DNA from: an uncultured Rhodospirillaceae bacterium
Lineage (GTDB): Bacteria; Pseudomonadota; Alphaproteobacteria; GCA-2731375
DNA: 64,000 nt
Direction: 5' to 3'
NCBI GenBank assembly: GCA_964631725.1
Contig: CAZVYX010000007.1
Location: 23,613 to 87,612 of the forward strand
The position numbers were made by a program, and so were the translations under genes. Shown in pieces: positions 18,481 through 29,227 of the stretch (the first letter of the stretch is position 1; each line of letters begins with the position of its first letter). Below the pieces are notes generated by a model that was not told the DNA's origin, searched no databases, and was given only the letters and a program-made list of their open reading frames with translations.

Positions 18481-19434
18481 TCAGGTGTTTTGCGCAAGGA
18501 AATTCAACACTCTATCCAAATGCCATGGACGATCGCCCACCGCATGGAAGCCGACATGGCCGCCACGGCGGGAAAGCACCGGAAATAGCCTAGGATTGTC
18601 GGCCCAGGGATAGTCCAGATAAGGGCCAACGGGTACGATAGGATCATCGCGGGCATGCAGCAAGAGGGTTGGCACCTGGATTCTCGCCAGAAAACCAAGC
18701 GCCTGGCAACTCTCCCAATAGTCGTAAACGTCCCGGTAACCATTTCGCGGCGCCACGAAATTGTCGTCCAGTTCCATAAAGTTTCTGGCGGCAGTGACCG
18801 CCTCCCGCTCGGCCCGGCTCAGGGCGGCGCCGGGCGCCAAACATTCCCGGCAAAAATCGCGCAATAGTTTGCGGTTATAGAGGGCATTTCGGGGCCGGAG
18901 CATATTGGCCGAAGTGATCGCCAGGTCAATCGGCGCCGAGACCGTCGCCACGGCCCGAACGGGCAATTCGCCGCCAAATTCGGCGGCGAATTTCAGGCTC
19001 ATGTTGCCGGCCAATGAAAAGCCGACGACGATCACGCCTTGTGCGGTCATCTTCGATGGCAAAGCCAGGATCGCATCGCGCAGGTCGGCGGAGCGGCCGG
19101 CATGGGACTGCAAACCGCAGGTCGGCCGCGAGGGGCCGGCCCCCCGCAAATTCAGGCGCAAGGTGCCATAGCCATGGGCCAGGAAGAATCCCGTCGCCAT
19201 GATGATGTAGCTGCTGTCCTCGCATCCGGCCAGACCGTGGATCAGGATCACCAACGGCTTATCCGCATCGGCTCCGGCATTGTACAAGGCCCACAGCCGG
19301 TCGCCGCTGCCGTCCGGCATATGGAGCAGCAACCGTTCGCCGGGAATTGGCCGGGGCGCCCGAACAACCGCGATTAGGGAATTGCGCAGAGTTTGCAAAT
19401 CGCCGCCCCACCAAGGCGGACGGGCGCGAAACAC
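18481..19434 (-). CDS. Alpha/beta hydrolase (YheT/ABHD1,3-like)
   Basis: ..F.ARPPWWGGDLQTL.. N-terminus, ..LIHGL.G.. and GFSLAGN nucleophile elbow. The ORF reaches 19566 but overlaps the upstream gene; in-frame GTG at 19434 is 8 nt past that stop. Confidence 0.75.
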   Translation of the reverse strand: MFRARPPWWGGDLQTLRNSLIAVVRAPRPIPGERLLLHMPDGSGDRLWALYNAGADADKPLVILIHGLAGCEDSSYIIMATGFFLAHGYGTLRLNLRGAGPSRPTCGLQSHAGRSADLRDAILALPSKMTAQGVIVVGFSLAGNMSLKFAAEFGGELPVRAVATVSAPIDLAITSANMLRPRNALYNRKLLRDFCRECLAPGAALSRAEREAVTAARNFMELDDNFVAPRNGYRDVYDYWESCQALGFLARIQVPTLLLHARDDPIVPVGPYLDYPWADNPRLFPVLSRRGGHVGFHAVGDRPWHLDRVLNFLAQNT

Positions 19435-19441
19435 ATCGCCT

Positions 19442-20695
19442 TTAGAACCGTTCCGCACGAAACGGCGCAGGGTCGATTTCCGAGGTCCGGTCCTGCACCA
19501 GATCGGCAATGATGCTGCCCGTGACAGCGCCCAGGGACAAGCCCAAATGGCCATGACCGAAGGCATAGAAAACCCTGTCGAAGCGGCTTGAACGGCTGAT
19601 CACCGGCAGGGAGTCGGGCATCGAGGGCCGATGGCCCATCCAGGGCTCGGCGCCGCTGTCTTGCAGATCCGGAAACAGCCGCTTGGCGTGGGTTAGCAAT
19701 GCTTCGGCACGGGCATAATTCGGCAACGCCTCGGTGCCGCCGAATTCCACCGTGCCGGCCAGGCGCAGGCCATCATCCATGGGCGTGACGCCAAAGCCCA
19801 GAGAACTGATCAGCATGGGCACCCGCACTTCCACATTCGGTTGCGGCAGCATCATATGATAGCCCCGCTCCGTATCGAGCGGCACATTGTTGCCCAAGTC
19901 CTTGGCTAGTGGTTTGGAAAAGGCCCCCGCCGCGATCAGCAGATTCTCGACCTCGACATTGCCATGATCGGTGTGGACATGGGTCGGGCCATCGGCACCG
20001 ATGGCGAAACCCTTGGCCTTGGCGCGGATAAAACGGCCGCCATCCGCCTCGATCCGCGCCGCCAGCAATTGTGACAGGGCGAGCGGCGAGGTGGCATGGC
20101 CCGACTCCGTGGAGAGCGCACCGCCCGCAATCTCCGGCCCGATGGCGGGCAACAGTTGCCGGATCTCGTCAGGCCCCAACATTTCCAGGTTCACACCCCG
20201 GCGGCGGCGGGCCTCGTTGTCAGGCGCGGCAGCGGCCACATCCTCCCGGTTCGGGTAAAGGTATAGACATCCCTGGCGGCGGATCGGCACCTGATCGGAA
20301 GGCACGTCATCCAACAAGGCGGTGTAATGCTCCAGACCCGGCATGGTGATGGAAGACAGGGCCAATGAGATTTCTTCCACCCGCCGGGGCGTGGTATTGG
20401 CGATGAAACGCAGCAGCCACGGGGTCAGCCGCGGCAGATAGCCGGGGCGGATAGTCAGCGGCCCCAAGGGGTCCATCAACCAGCCCGGGACCTTCTTCCA
20501 AACACCGGGCTTGCCCTCGGGCATGACGGCGGAGGTGGAAAATATGCCGGCGTTGCCGTACGAGGTGCCCATGCCCGGATCAACATGGTCGATCACCGTG
20601 ATCGTGCAGCCGCGCCGTTGCAGCGTTCGGGCACAACAAAGACCGACAACGCCGGCGCCAATTACCGTGACATCACGTTGCTGCTGATCGGTCAT
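19442..20695 (-). CDS. FAD-dependent oxidoreductase (D-amino-acid dehydrogenase-like)
   Basis: ..VTVIGAGVVGLCCARTLQRRG..V.D.. and DAO-family length (417 aa). Confidence 0.8.
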   Translation of the reverse strand: MTDQQQRDVTVIGAGVVGLCCARTLQRRGCTITVIDHVDPGMGTSYGNAGIFSTSAVMPEGKPGVWKKVPGWLMDPLGPLTIRPGYLPRLTPWLLRFIANTTPRRVEEISLALSSITMPGLEHYTALLDDVPSDQVPIRRQGCLYLYPNREDVAAAAPDNEARRRRGVNLEMLGPDEIRQLLPAIGPEIAGGALSTESGHATSPLALSQLLAARIEADGGRFIRAKAKGFAIGADGPTHVHTDHGNVEVENLLIAAGAFSKPLAKDLGNNVPLDTERGYHMMLPQPNVEVRVPMLISSLGFGVTPMDDGLRLAGTVEFGGTEALPNYARAEALLTHAKRLFPDLQDSGAEPWMGHRPSMPDSLPVISRSSRFDRVFYAFGHGHLGLSLGAVTGSIIADLVQDRTSEIDPAPFRAERF

Positions 20696-20704
20696 ACTGG
20701 TGGC

Positions 20705-21055
20705 CTAGTTGGTGGAGGTGGACGTACTGGTGGTGGTCGAGGTCGAAACCGATGTCGCGGTCGTCGTCGCGGCACTGCTGCCCGAATCGACCGAGCCATC
20801 GCCCCGGACCCGCAACTGGAATGTCACGGCCTTTTGCGCCGCCGACAGCGCCGCCGCCATGCCAGCCAGCCCGGCAGCACCCTTGACCATCCGTCCGGGC
20901 GTGCCATCCCACTGTTTTTGATACGCTTCCTGCAGGGCCTGAAGCGACTTCATCGCCTCACCGACGCCGGTTTGCCCATTGTTCTGGCTCTGCGCCATGG
21001 CGGGGGCATGGGCCATGACAGTCAGGCAAATCGCGATGCAAACCGTCCGCTTCAT
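20705..21055 (-). CDS. Small secreted protein with Thr/Ser-rich C-terminal tail
   Basis: Signal peptide MKRTVCIAICLTVMAHAPAMA. The tail is ..SSAATTTATSVSTSTTTSTSTSTN. The ATG overlaps the rhodanese stop (ATGA). Confidence 0.45.
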   Translation of the reverse strand: MKRTVCIAICLTVMAHAPAMAQSQNNGQTGVGEAMKSLQALQEAYQKQWDGTPGRMVKGAAGLAGMAAALSAAQKAVTFQLRVRGDGSVDSGSSAATTTATSVSTSTTTSTSTSTN

Positions 21056-22653
21056 GTAAACAGCCGAAAACGGTGATCGCCGTCGCGTTCGATATCGTGC
21101 AGCAAGTCCACCTCCCAAGTTAGATAGGCGCGCATGCGGTCTTCCACCCCGCCGGCATGATCATAGGGCTTCAACCAGGTGTCGTCACGTTCATCGGCCA
21201 TGCGCTCCAGCCCTTGCTCCAGATCATGTCCCGCCGCGCTCCAGGCTTCCGTGCCGCCGGCCAGAACAGCTACCGGCATGGCCGTCAGCAGAGACGCCTC
21301 CGGCGCCGCCAGGCGGGCCAGAATGGCGTCAGGCGCGGTCAGCACCAATAGCTTGGCATTGGTGACCTTCCGCCCAAGCTTGGGCAAGCTTTCGGCCAGC
21401 CGGGCCCGCACGGCCCACCAGGCGCCGGGCACATGGCCCTTGTCATGTTCCCGGCTGGGCGCCAAGTCGATTACCAGGACATCATCGGCGGCGATCCGGG
21501 CGGCAAGCTCTTCCGCCGAGATCTCGTTCTCGGCCGCCTGTCCAATGCCCTCGGGGTCCTGTCCCGGCGCTTCCGTCGTCATCTCGAAACCATCCAGGCC
21601 GCTCTCCAGAACAGCCACATCCCAACCCATCTGCACCAGCCACGAGGCGGTCATGGTGGCCCGCACGCCGTTGTCGTCAACCAAAACAACGCGGGCGCCC
21701 AGGGTGCCGACCCATTGATCAATGCCCTGCACCAATTGCCCGCCCGGCGCATTCGCCACGCCGACGGGATGGCCCGCGGCATATTCCGCCGGATCGCGCA
21801 CATCGAGGATATACAGGCTTCTTTGTTCCGACTCCGCCTGCCAACTTGCAAGGGTCGCACGGTCGATAGGCGGCACCTCGAAACGCTGGCCGGCGGCTTC
21901 GGCACATGCCTGGGCCTTGGTCTGGGCGGCGGCCGAGGGCCGGGGCGCCATGCGGCTCTGTCCCCGCTCCAACTGATAGCCGGCCAGATGCCAGCCCATG
22001 GTGCCGTTCTCCAGGGCCACCACTGGGTTTGGTATGCCGGCGTTAATCAGGGACTGCGCGCCGATGATGCTGCGGGTTCGTCCGGCACAGTTGACCACCA
22101 CGGTGGTCGTGGGATCGGGGGCCAGATCATGCACCCGGCAGGCCAGTTCGGCGCCGGGGCAATCGATCCCGTCGGGAATATTCATCACCTGGTATTCATC
22201 CATGGGACGGCTGTCCAGGATCACCAGATCTCCGCCTCCTTCGCGCATGGCCTGCAATTCCTCGGCCGCTATATGGGGCGTGCCATAGTGATGTTCCACA
22301 TATTCGCCAAACGCCTTACATGGCACATGGACACCGGAAAACAGCACATAACCGGCGGCCTCCCAGGCCGCGATGCCGCCTTCCAGGCAGGCGAGATCGC
22401 TGTAGCCCATATCCGCCAACTTAGCCGCCGCGCGTTCGGCAAAGCCGCCGCCGGCGTCAACCAGAACCATCCGGGTACCAAAACGCGGCACCAACGATCC
22501 CACCAGCAACTCCAAGCTGCTGAGCGGCATCGGCACGGTGTAAAACAAATGCGATTGTGAATGGGCGCCCTCCTCGCGCACATCCATCAAGGCCAGTTCG
22601 CCGCCATCCGACAGCATGGCCTTTAGCTCGACCGCGGTCACATAATTCGTCAT
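21052..22653 (-). CDS. Multi-domain rhodanese-like sulfurtransferase (about four rhodanese repeats)
   Basis: Repeated ..DVR...E...GH..GA.. modules. Only the second has an active-site loop with Cys (..VVNCAGRTRS..); the others carry D or G at that position. Confidence 0.8.
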   Translation of the reverse strand: MTNYVTAVELKAMLSDGGELALMDVREEGAHSQSHLFYTVPMPLSSLELLVGSLVPRFGTRMVLVDAGGGFAERAAAKLADMGYSDLACLEGGIAAWEAAGYVLFSGVHVPCKAFGEYVEHHYGTPHIAAEELQAMREGGGDLVILDSRPMDEYQVMNIPDGIDCPGAELACRVHDLAPDPTTTVVVNCAGRTRSIIGAQSLINAGIPNPVVALENGTMGWHLAGYQLERGQSRMAPRPSAAAQTKAQACAEAAGQRFEVPPIDRATLASWQAESEQRSLYILDVRDPAEYAAGHPVGVANAPGGQLVQGIDQWVGTLGARVVLVDDNGVRATMTASWLVQMGWDVAVLESGLDGFEMTTEAPGQDPEGIGQAAENEISAEELAARIAADDVLVIDLAPSREHDKGHVPGAWWAVRARLAESLPKLGRKVTNAKLLVLTAPDAILARLAAPEASLLTAMPVAVLAGGTEAWSAAGHDLEQGLERMADERDDTWLKPYDHAGGVEDRMRAYLTWEVDLLHDIERDGDHRFRLFT

Positions 22654-22669
22654 GCCCCATCACTCCCCA

Positions 22670-25600
22670 TTATTCTGCAGGCTGCACACTCTCTTCCACA
22701 TTAGCGCCCCGTCCCCGCTCCACCACGGCCGAGACCAGGCTCAACAGCGGCGGAATAATCAACAAGGTCAAGACCGCCGACAGCGACAGTCCGCCCAGCA
22801 CCACCGAGCCCAGGCCCCGATACAACTCCGAACCGGCGCCAGGAAACAGCACCAACGGCAGCATGCCGAAAACCGACGTCAAGGTGGACATGAAAATCGG
22901 CCGGATCCGGTTGCGCACCGCCTCGACAATGGCCGCATCCGCATGCATGCCTTCATTACGCACCAGGAACAATGTCTGATGCACCACAAGAATGGCATTA
23001 TTGACCACGATGCCGATCAAAATGACAAAACCCAGCATGGTCAGCATATCCAGCGGCTGAAAACTGAATAGATTTAGCAACGCCAGGCCCAACACGCCGC
23101 CCGCCGTCGCCAGGGGCACCGAAAACAGAATGATCAGGGGATAGAGGAAACTTTCGAACAACACCGCCATCACCAGATAGACAATGACCACCGCCACCGC
23201 CAGATCGACCACCAGATGATCCCAGGCGGCGGTCAACTTATCCGCCGTGCCCGAAAGGCGCATCTTGACCATGGGCGGCAGACCCTCGCCGCGCAATTTT
23301 TTGATGACCTGGTCCTGCAAAATGTCCATCGCCGCTTCCAATGGCAGGTTGGGCCTGGGATGAACCTCCAGCGTGACCGTACGCTCCCGATCCACATGGC
23401 GGATTTCCGTCGGACCGGCGGTGATCGAGATATCGGCTAACGCTGCGACCTGCAAAATGGCGCCGGTGCGGGTTACGATGGGCAAATTGCCGATGCCCTG
23501 TGTTTCCGCGATCTGGCCATCGGGCCCGACCAGCATCAAGTCGATGCGGCGGCCATCCACCGTCACTTCCGCCACCCGCAAGCCGTCATTGAAGGCATCG
23601 ACGGTCATGCCCAGCTCCCGCGCGGTGACGCCATTGTCGGCCAGCCGGACCGGATTGGGCAGCAGGCGGATTTCCGGCGCGCCCAACTCCAGGCCCGGCT
23701 TCGGCTGGGTATAGTTGCCCTGGCGCCGCGGCAACGACTTGGAGATCAAACGGTCGGCCCGGCGTGCAACCTCCAGAATAACGTCAAGGTCGGGACCGGA
23801 AACATCAAGACTGATGCTCCGCGCACCGCCGACGGTTCGGCCAAAAATGGATCTCTTGGATATACGGCCGCGGGTTCCGGGCTCCTTGAAAATCGGTGCA
23901 TTCAGCACCGGTATCAATTCGCCGACCCGGCTCGGGTCCATCGCGGATGCGGCAACAATGGTCGCGGCGCGAAAGGATACGAAAAAGAAATTGTTGATCT
24001 TAGGCGGCTCGCCAGCCTTTTCTTCCGGCCCGGTCTCCGAGGCCCACAGGGGCTTTACGGTCTTCTCCAACTCCTTGGCGATCGCCGTTGTCGTGCTTAA
24101 ATTGTATCCGGGCGGCGGCACGATCCAGCCGAGTATCAAATTGCGGTTGCCGGTCGGCAGATAGTCCAGCTTCGGCAGGAACGAAATGGTGACAATAGCG
24201 CCAGCACTGCAAAGCAGCGCCACCACCGTAATGGCCAACTTGCGGCTCTTGACAACCCGGTGGGTAAAACCCATGACACCGGCGCTGAACGCCGTAGCGA
24301 AGCCATCCAGCAGGGGCAGACGCATGGGCGCTTCCAGGCTTTTCATACCCTCGCCCAACAGCCGTCGCGACAGCGCCGGTACCACCGTCACCGAAACCAC
24401 CAGTGACAACAGAACCGAAACCGAAATGGCAACCGCGATGTCGCGGAATAACTGCCCGACCTCCAGCTTCATCACCAAAAGCGGCAGGAAAACCAGCACC
24501 GTTGTCAGGGCCGAAACGAGAATGGCGCCCCAAACCTGCTGTGCGCCCAGGTAGGCCGCAGTCTTCGGATCGGCGCCGGTCTGGCGGTGACGGTAGATGT
24601 TCTCCAACACCACGATGGCGGCATCGACCACCATGCCGACGGCAAAGGCGATACCGGCCAGCGATATGACATTTAACGAACGTCCCAGCATGGCCATGGC
24701 GACGAAGGCGCCGACCACCGAGACCGGAATAGCCAATGAGACCACCAAGGTCGCCCGGCCCGATCGCAGGAACAGCAACAGGATCACAGCGGCCAGGACG
24801 CCGCCCAGGACAATATTGTTCTGCACCAGATCGATCGCTGAATTGATATAGATCGTCTCGTCGTAGACCTGCTTGATGGAGAGGCCGACGCTTGGCAGCG
24901 TCACTTCGGACAGCTCGCGTATCGCCTCATGCACGCCGTTCATGACTTCGATGACATTGGCGCCGGCGTCGCGTATGGCGTTGGTGGCAAGCGAAGGCAC
25001 GCCCAGGCGGCGAATATAGGCGGTGGGCGATTTGTGGGAAAATTCGACCGAGGCAATATCACCAATGGTGACGCGCCCGATTTGGCCGGTGGCGCCGCTT
25101 CCCTCTGAACGCACCAGAACCGCGGCCACTTGCTCAGGAGTCGTGAACTCACCTTCCGTGCGCACCACGTAGCGGCGCTTGCCCTCGTCCACCTTGCCGC
25201 CGGAAACGGAAGCATTGGCCGTTCGCAACGCCTCCACCACGTGCGGGACGGTCAACTTGTAGCGGGCCAGCTTTTCAGGGTCGACAACGACCCGCAACTC
25301 CCGTTCGCCGCCGCCATAAAGATTAACGCGGGAGATTCCGGGCACCCGCTCCAGCCTCTCGCGCACCAGGTCGTCGACCTGATCGCCGTAGGTGTGTACC
25401 GGTGCATCGCCCTCCGTCGACGTCGGATTGATAATGAACCATGCGATGGGATTGTCGTCGGTGCTTGAGGTCGCGATGGTCGGCTCATTTGCTTCGTCCG
25501 GATAGCCGGTGACCCGGTCCAGCCGGTTCGCCACCAGCAAAAGTGCGCGGTCCATGTTCTGATGGATACTGAATTCCAGGCTGATACTGGCGCGGCCATC

Positions 25601-25855
25601 CTGCGCCTGACTGACGACCTTTGTCACACCAGGCAGACCCTTGAGGGCCTCTTCCTGGCGATTGATAATCTCCCGTTCGATCTCCGCCGGCGCGGCGCCG
25701 GGCCAGGTGGTTTGGATGTTCAAGACCGGCTGCCGCACATCCGGAATCAATTGAATGGGGATCGTCTGCAAGGCCAACAGTCCGAACAGCAAGATCATCA
25801 AAACCGCCGCGATCACGGCGATGGGCCGATCGATGGATAAGCGGATTAGGTTCAT
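22670..25855 (-). CDS. RND efflux transporter permease (AcrB/HAE1-like)
   Basis: 1061 aa with 12-TM RND architecture. N-terminus is MNLIRLSIDRPIAVIAAVLMILLFG.., with ..VVDAAIVVLENI.. and ..IGIVVNNAILVV.. motifs. Confidence 0.92.
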   Translation of the reverse strand: MNLIRLSIDRPIAVIAAVLMILLFGLLALQTIPIQLIPDVRQPVLNIQTTWPGAAPAEIEREIINRQEEALKGLPGVTKVVSQAQDGRASISLEFSIHQNMDRALLLVANRLDRVTGYPDEANEPTIATSSTDDNPIAWFIINPTSTEGDAPVHTYGDQVDDLVRERLERVPGISRVNLYGGGERELRVVVDPEKLARYKLTVPHVVEALRTANASVSGGKVDEGKRRYVVRTEGEFTTPEQVAAVLVRSEGSGATGQIGRVTIGDIASVEFSHKSPTAYIRRLGVPSLATNAIRDAGANVIEVMNGVHEAIRELSEVTLPSVGLSIKQVYDETIYINSAIDLVQNNIVLGGVLAAVILLLFLRSGRATLVVSLAIPVSVVGAFVAMAMLGRSLNVISLAGIAFAVGMVVDAAIVVLENIYRHRQTGADPKTAAYLGAQQVWGAILVSALTTVLVFLPLLVMKLEVGQLFRDIAVAISVSVLLSLVVSVTVVPALSRRLLGEGMKSLEAPMRLPLLDGFATAFSAGVMGFTHRVVKSRKLAITVVALLCSAGAIVTISFLPKLDYLPTGNRNLILGWIVPPPGYNLSTTTAIAKELEKTVKPLWASETGPEEKAGEPPKINNFFFVSFRAATIVAASAMDPSRVGELIPVLNAPIFKEPGTRGRISKRSIFGRTVGGARSISLDVSGPDLDVILEVARRADRLISKSLPRRQGNYTQPKPGLELGAPEIRLLPNPVRLADNGVTARELGMTVDAFNDGLRVAEVTVDGRRIDLMLVGPDGQIAETQGIGNLPIVTRTGAILQVAALADISITAGPTEIRHVDRERTVTLEVHPRPNLPLEAAMDILQDQVIKKLRGEGLPPMVKMRLSGTADKLTAAWDHLVVDLAVAVVIVYLVMAVLFESFLYPLIILFSVPLATAGGVLGLALLNLFSFQPLDMLTMLGFVILIGIVVNNAILVVHQTLFLVRNEGMHADAAIVEAVRNRIRPIFMSTLTSVFGMLPLVLFPGAGSELYRGLGSVVLGGLSLSAVLTLLIIPPLLSLVSAVVERGRGANVEESVQPAE

Positions 25856-25883
25856 GGCCCGTCCCCTGCTGACCTAGCGGCGA

Positions 25884-27056
25884 TCAAAACCGCACGGGCT
25901 GGCCGGGAAACAGCCGCTCGTTGCCACGTATGACCACCACATCACCCACTTTCAAGCCGTCCCGCACCGTGAAGCGTCCCCCCACCGCATCGCCGATGGC
26001 AATGTTGCGCGGTTGCGCCGCGCCATCCACCACCACGAAGACAATATCATTGCCCCGGCGTTTCAGGATCGCATCCTTGTGCACGGAAACAACCTGTCCC
26101 GACGAGATGGGGATGGCCACCGAAACGCTCTGATTGCCGGCCAGATGACCGCGCAGGGCGGCCATGTCGGCGGAAAAGCGCACCACCCTGGTCCGGGTCA
26201 GCGGGTTTTCCTGGGGCACCACGGCGCGAACCTTGGCGGCGACGGTCAGGCCGTTGATGCGAACCGAGATTTTCGTTCCCGGCGACAAAGCGGGTATGCG
26301 GCTGGCCGGCACATCCGCTTCGACCTCCAACGCGCCGTCGTCGATCATGGTGACAACCCCCTGCCCTATATTGACATAGGCGCCCACGTCCGTATGGCGC
26401 CGGGTCACGACACCGGGAAACGGCGCGCGGACCGTAGTGTAGGAGAGGTTGATACGGGCCAGTTGGGCATCGGCCTCGACTTCCTGCAGCCGGGCCGAAG
26501 CTTCGGCGACCTGACTGCGCAGCATCACGACCTGTTGCCGCATATCTTCAAACTTGGCGGCCCGGTAGGCGGCTGACTTATTTTCCCGCAATCTTTCCAG
26601 GCGGCGCATTTCCTGGTTTTTCATCACCATTTCCGCTTCCCGCGCCGCCAGCATCGCCTTGCGCGAGGTTACTTCGGCGACCCGCCGCTTATGCACCCAA
26701 TGCAAACGGTCCCGCACCAGCACCGCCAGCACATCGCCCTTTTTTACCCGGTCACCGACCGCGGCGCGCATGGTAGCCACCGGCCCGGCGACACGGGCCG
26801 CGACGACGCCGGAGCGCCGGGCCACCAACCTGCCGATAACGGGAATGGTCTGCGAGACCGCCTCCGCGCGCACCTTGTCGATACTGACGAGGGCCGCATT
26901 GGCGGCTTTCCTGGCCGGCTTCTTTTGCGCCTGGCCCGGGCCGGCATGGAACAACAGCGCGGATGCCAGAACCACGGTGGACAAAATGCCCGCAATGGGC
27001 CGGCGATAATGAAAAACTTGAGGCAAATTCATGAATTCAGCGATCACTTCAGACAA
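25884..27056 (-). CDS. RND efflux periplasmic adaptor (membrane fusion protein)
   Basis: Signal/anchor, coiled-coil hairpin region, ..Y..V.APF.GVV.. motif and beta-barrel C-terminus. An alternative ATG lies at 27032. Confidence 0.85.
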   Translation of the reverse strand: MSEVIAEFMNLPQVFHYRRPIAGILSTVVLASALLFHAGPGQAQKKPARKAANAALVSIDKVRAEAVSQTIPVIGRLVARRSGVVAARVAGPVATMRAAVGDRVKKGDVLAVLVRDRLHWVHKRRVAEVTSRKAMLAAREAEMVMKNQEMRRLERLRENKSAAYRAAKFEDMRQQVVMLRSQVAEASARLQEVEADAQLARINLSYTTVRAPFPGVVTRRHTDVGAYVNIGQGVVTMIDDGALEVEADVPASRIPALSPGTKISVRINGLTVAAKVRAVVPQENPLTRTRVVRFSADMAALRGHLAGNQSVSVAIPISSGQVVSVHKDAILKRRGNDIVFVVVDGAAQPRNIAIGDAVGGRFTVRDGLKVGDVVVIRGNERLFPGQPVRF

Positions 27057-27197
27057 GAGCCAGACCGCAAGGTGGCACCGTGAAGCGGCCTATTCAAGCC
27101 ATCTTATACCACGGGCCAAGGGGAATATTGCCATGAATTGAGGGGGTGTTTTCGGCGCCGGATCATATGGCCCGCCGCGCGGCCGGGCCGGATCCGC

Positions 27198-29039
27198 CTA
27201 TTGGATGCGCGTCGCGGGGAAATGCACCGTCGCCTTGGTACCAACATCAAGCTGAGATGTCAGGATCAAGGCACCGCCGTGCAATTCCGCCAGGGCCGTC
27301 GTAATCGCCAGGCCCAGTCCCAGACCACCATGCTGGCGGCTCGGACTGTCACTTGTTTGCGAAAATGACAGTCGCGCCCGTTCCAACTCGGCTTCACTCA
27401 TGCCGATGCCGCTATCCTGGACCGAGAGATCCAGACCATGGCCGTTGTTGAATTCCACGCCGATCTCGATTTCGCCGCCCGTCGGGGTAAAACTGATCGC
27501 ATTGGTCAGCAGGTTCAACAGCATTTGTTTGATCTTGGATTGATCGCCAATCAGATCGGGCAGGCCGTCGGGCAGGCTCGCCACCATGACAAGGCCCTTG
27601 GTCGCGGCCTTTTCAGCGATCATGGCAACGGAGGCCTCGATACAATTTTCCAGATCCACCGCGCCCTCGGCCAACTTCAATTCGCCGGTTTCGATCTGTG
27701 ACATATCCAGAATATCATTGATGACATCCAGCAGATCACGGCCCGACTGGTTGATCGATTGGAGAAAACTTCTTCGATCTTCGCCCGACAACTGACTGCC
27801 TTCTCCGTCGTCCAGAAGGTCGGAAAAACCGATGATCGCATTGAGCGGCGTGCGCAGTTCATGGCTGACGTTGGCCAGGAAGTGCGACTTGGCGCGGTTG
27901 GCGACTTCGGCTGCTTCCCGCGCCCGGATCATTTCGACTTCCTCCAGTTTCCGCGCCGTAATATCAGCCACCGAGCCGGCGATACGGTAGGCATGACCGG
28001 AGGAATCGCGCAACGCAAGGGCCCGATCGGAAATCCAACGCAACTCGCCGTTGGCGTGGCATACCCTGTACTGCAGGTCGAATATCCGGCTATCACCGTC
28101 CAGATGCTCCTGCCAGCCCAAATGATAGCTTTCCTGATCCTCGGGATGGATCGCCGCCACCCAGTCTTCCCGCTGAAAACCAATGGGATCGCCTTGCGAA
28201 CCGATAATCGACAGCACCCGGGGTGCAACATAGAAACGGCCGGTGCGCAGATCCATATCCCAGAGGCCCTCGTTCGAGGCAAGGGAAACCAAGGCATAAC
28301 GCTCCTGAGCATCGCGTAACTGCTCCTCCTTGATCTTCAGATCGCTGATGTCTCTGATCAGGGTCACCGTTCCGCCGTCGTCGCAATGGTAATCGACGAT
28401 TTCATATTCACATCCGTCGATCTTGCGCCGCTCGCTGATGTCGCCGATCCAATGGTTCTGCTTGCGCTTTTCAAGCCAGGAGGACGCGGCCGAAACGGGA
28501 ACATATGCCGCGTTGAGTTCGGCGTTTGCCACATTGTCGAAATGCGCGCCGGCCACCAAATGGTCATTGATGCGGGTAAAGACATCGCGATAGATCTGAT
28601 TGCACAGAACCAGACGGTCATCCTGGTCCCACAGCGCCACACCTTGGGGAATGCGCTCGACCATGGCATGTAGCAGCGTGGTGCCGGTCGTCCCGGCCGA
28701 TCCGATCGCCGGCTGCATCATTCGCAGCACGGCACGGCGCATAACCAAGGCGCAGGTCAAGGAAACCAGGAAACCCGATACGCCAAACAGAAACAACCAT
28801 ATTGGCGGCATGGTCCAGTGCACCAAGGTCCGCGCGATCACCGGTCCCAGCGCGGTCACGCCGCCGATTAGGACAAAAACCAGCAATGCCAAGATGGACG
28901 CAACAGCCGAGGCGCGATCCGACGCCGTCAAGTCGCTGATCGCGTCATTACCTTCACCGTCTTCCGGCAGCAAGACATGGCCAACTTCGGTGCCAGGCTG
29001 GCCCCTACCTTGGTCATTCTGTACAGCTACGCTGCCCAT
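27198..29039 (-). CDS. PAS-domain sensor histidine kinase (no receiver domain, no adjacent response regulator)
   Basis: Two TM segments, PAS repeats, H-box ..[20 protein letters not shown].., N-box ..[10 protein letters not shown].. and G-boxes ..D.GIGM.. ..GGLGLGLAI.. Confidence 0.85.
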   Translation of the reverse strand: MGSVAVQNDQGRGQPGTEVGHVLLPEDGEGNDAISDLTASDRASAVASILALLVFVLIGGVTALGPVIARTLVHWTMPPIWLFLFGVSGFLVSLTCALVMRRAVLRMMQPAIGSAGTTGTTLLHAMVERIPQGVALWDQDDRLVLCNQIYRDVFTRINDHLVAGAHFDNVANAELNAAYVPVSAASSWLEKRKQNHWIGDISERRKIDGCEYEIVDYHCDDGGTVTLIRDISDLKIKEEQLRDAQERYALVSLASNEGLWDMDLRTGRFYVAPRVLSIIGSQGDPIGFQREDWVAAIHPEDQESYHLGWQEHLDGDSRIFDLQYRVCHANGELRWISDRALALRDSSGHAYRIAGSVADITARKLEEVEMIRAREAAEVANRAKSHFLANVSHELRTPLNAIIGFSDLLDDGEGSQLSGEDRRSFLQSINQSGRDLLDVINDILDMSQIETGELKLAEGAVDLENCIEASVAMIAEKAATKGLVMVASLPDGLPDLIGDQSKIKQMLLNLLTNAISFTPTGGEIEIGVEFNNGHGLDLSVQDSGIGMSEAELERARLSFSQTSDSPSRQHGGLGLGLAITTALAELHGGALILTSQLDVGTKATVHFPATRIQ

Positions 29040-29227
29040 GTGAACGCATCCTCGTCACTCGAACCGCCGCTCGAGCCCTGACTTATTCGACAGACGTGCC
29101 GCCGAGCCAGAGCAAACCCCGAATTCGCAATGGAATTAGTGACAAAATAATACAAACAAACTGCTAACAGACCTTAACAGCACGTCATAACCAACTGACG
29201 GCATTATATTTGTGTTAGGATTATTGA

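Noticed and set aside
29040-29227. LexA (SOS) box upstream of the SRAP peptidase gene.
   Set aside because: No GTTC-N7-GTTC / GAAC-N7-GAAC direct repeat (alphaproteobacterial type) and no CTGT-N8-ACAG motif is present in the 188-bp upstream region.
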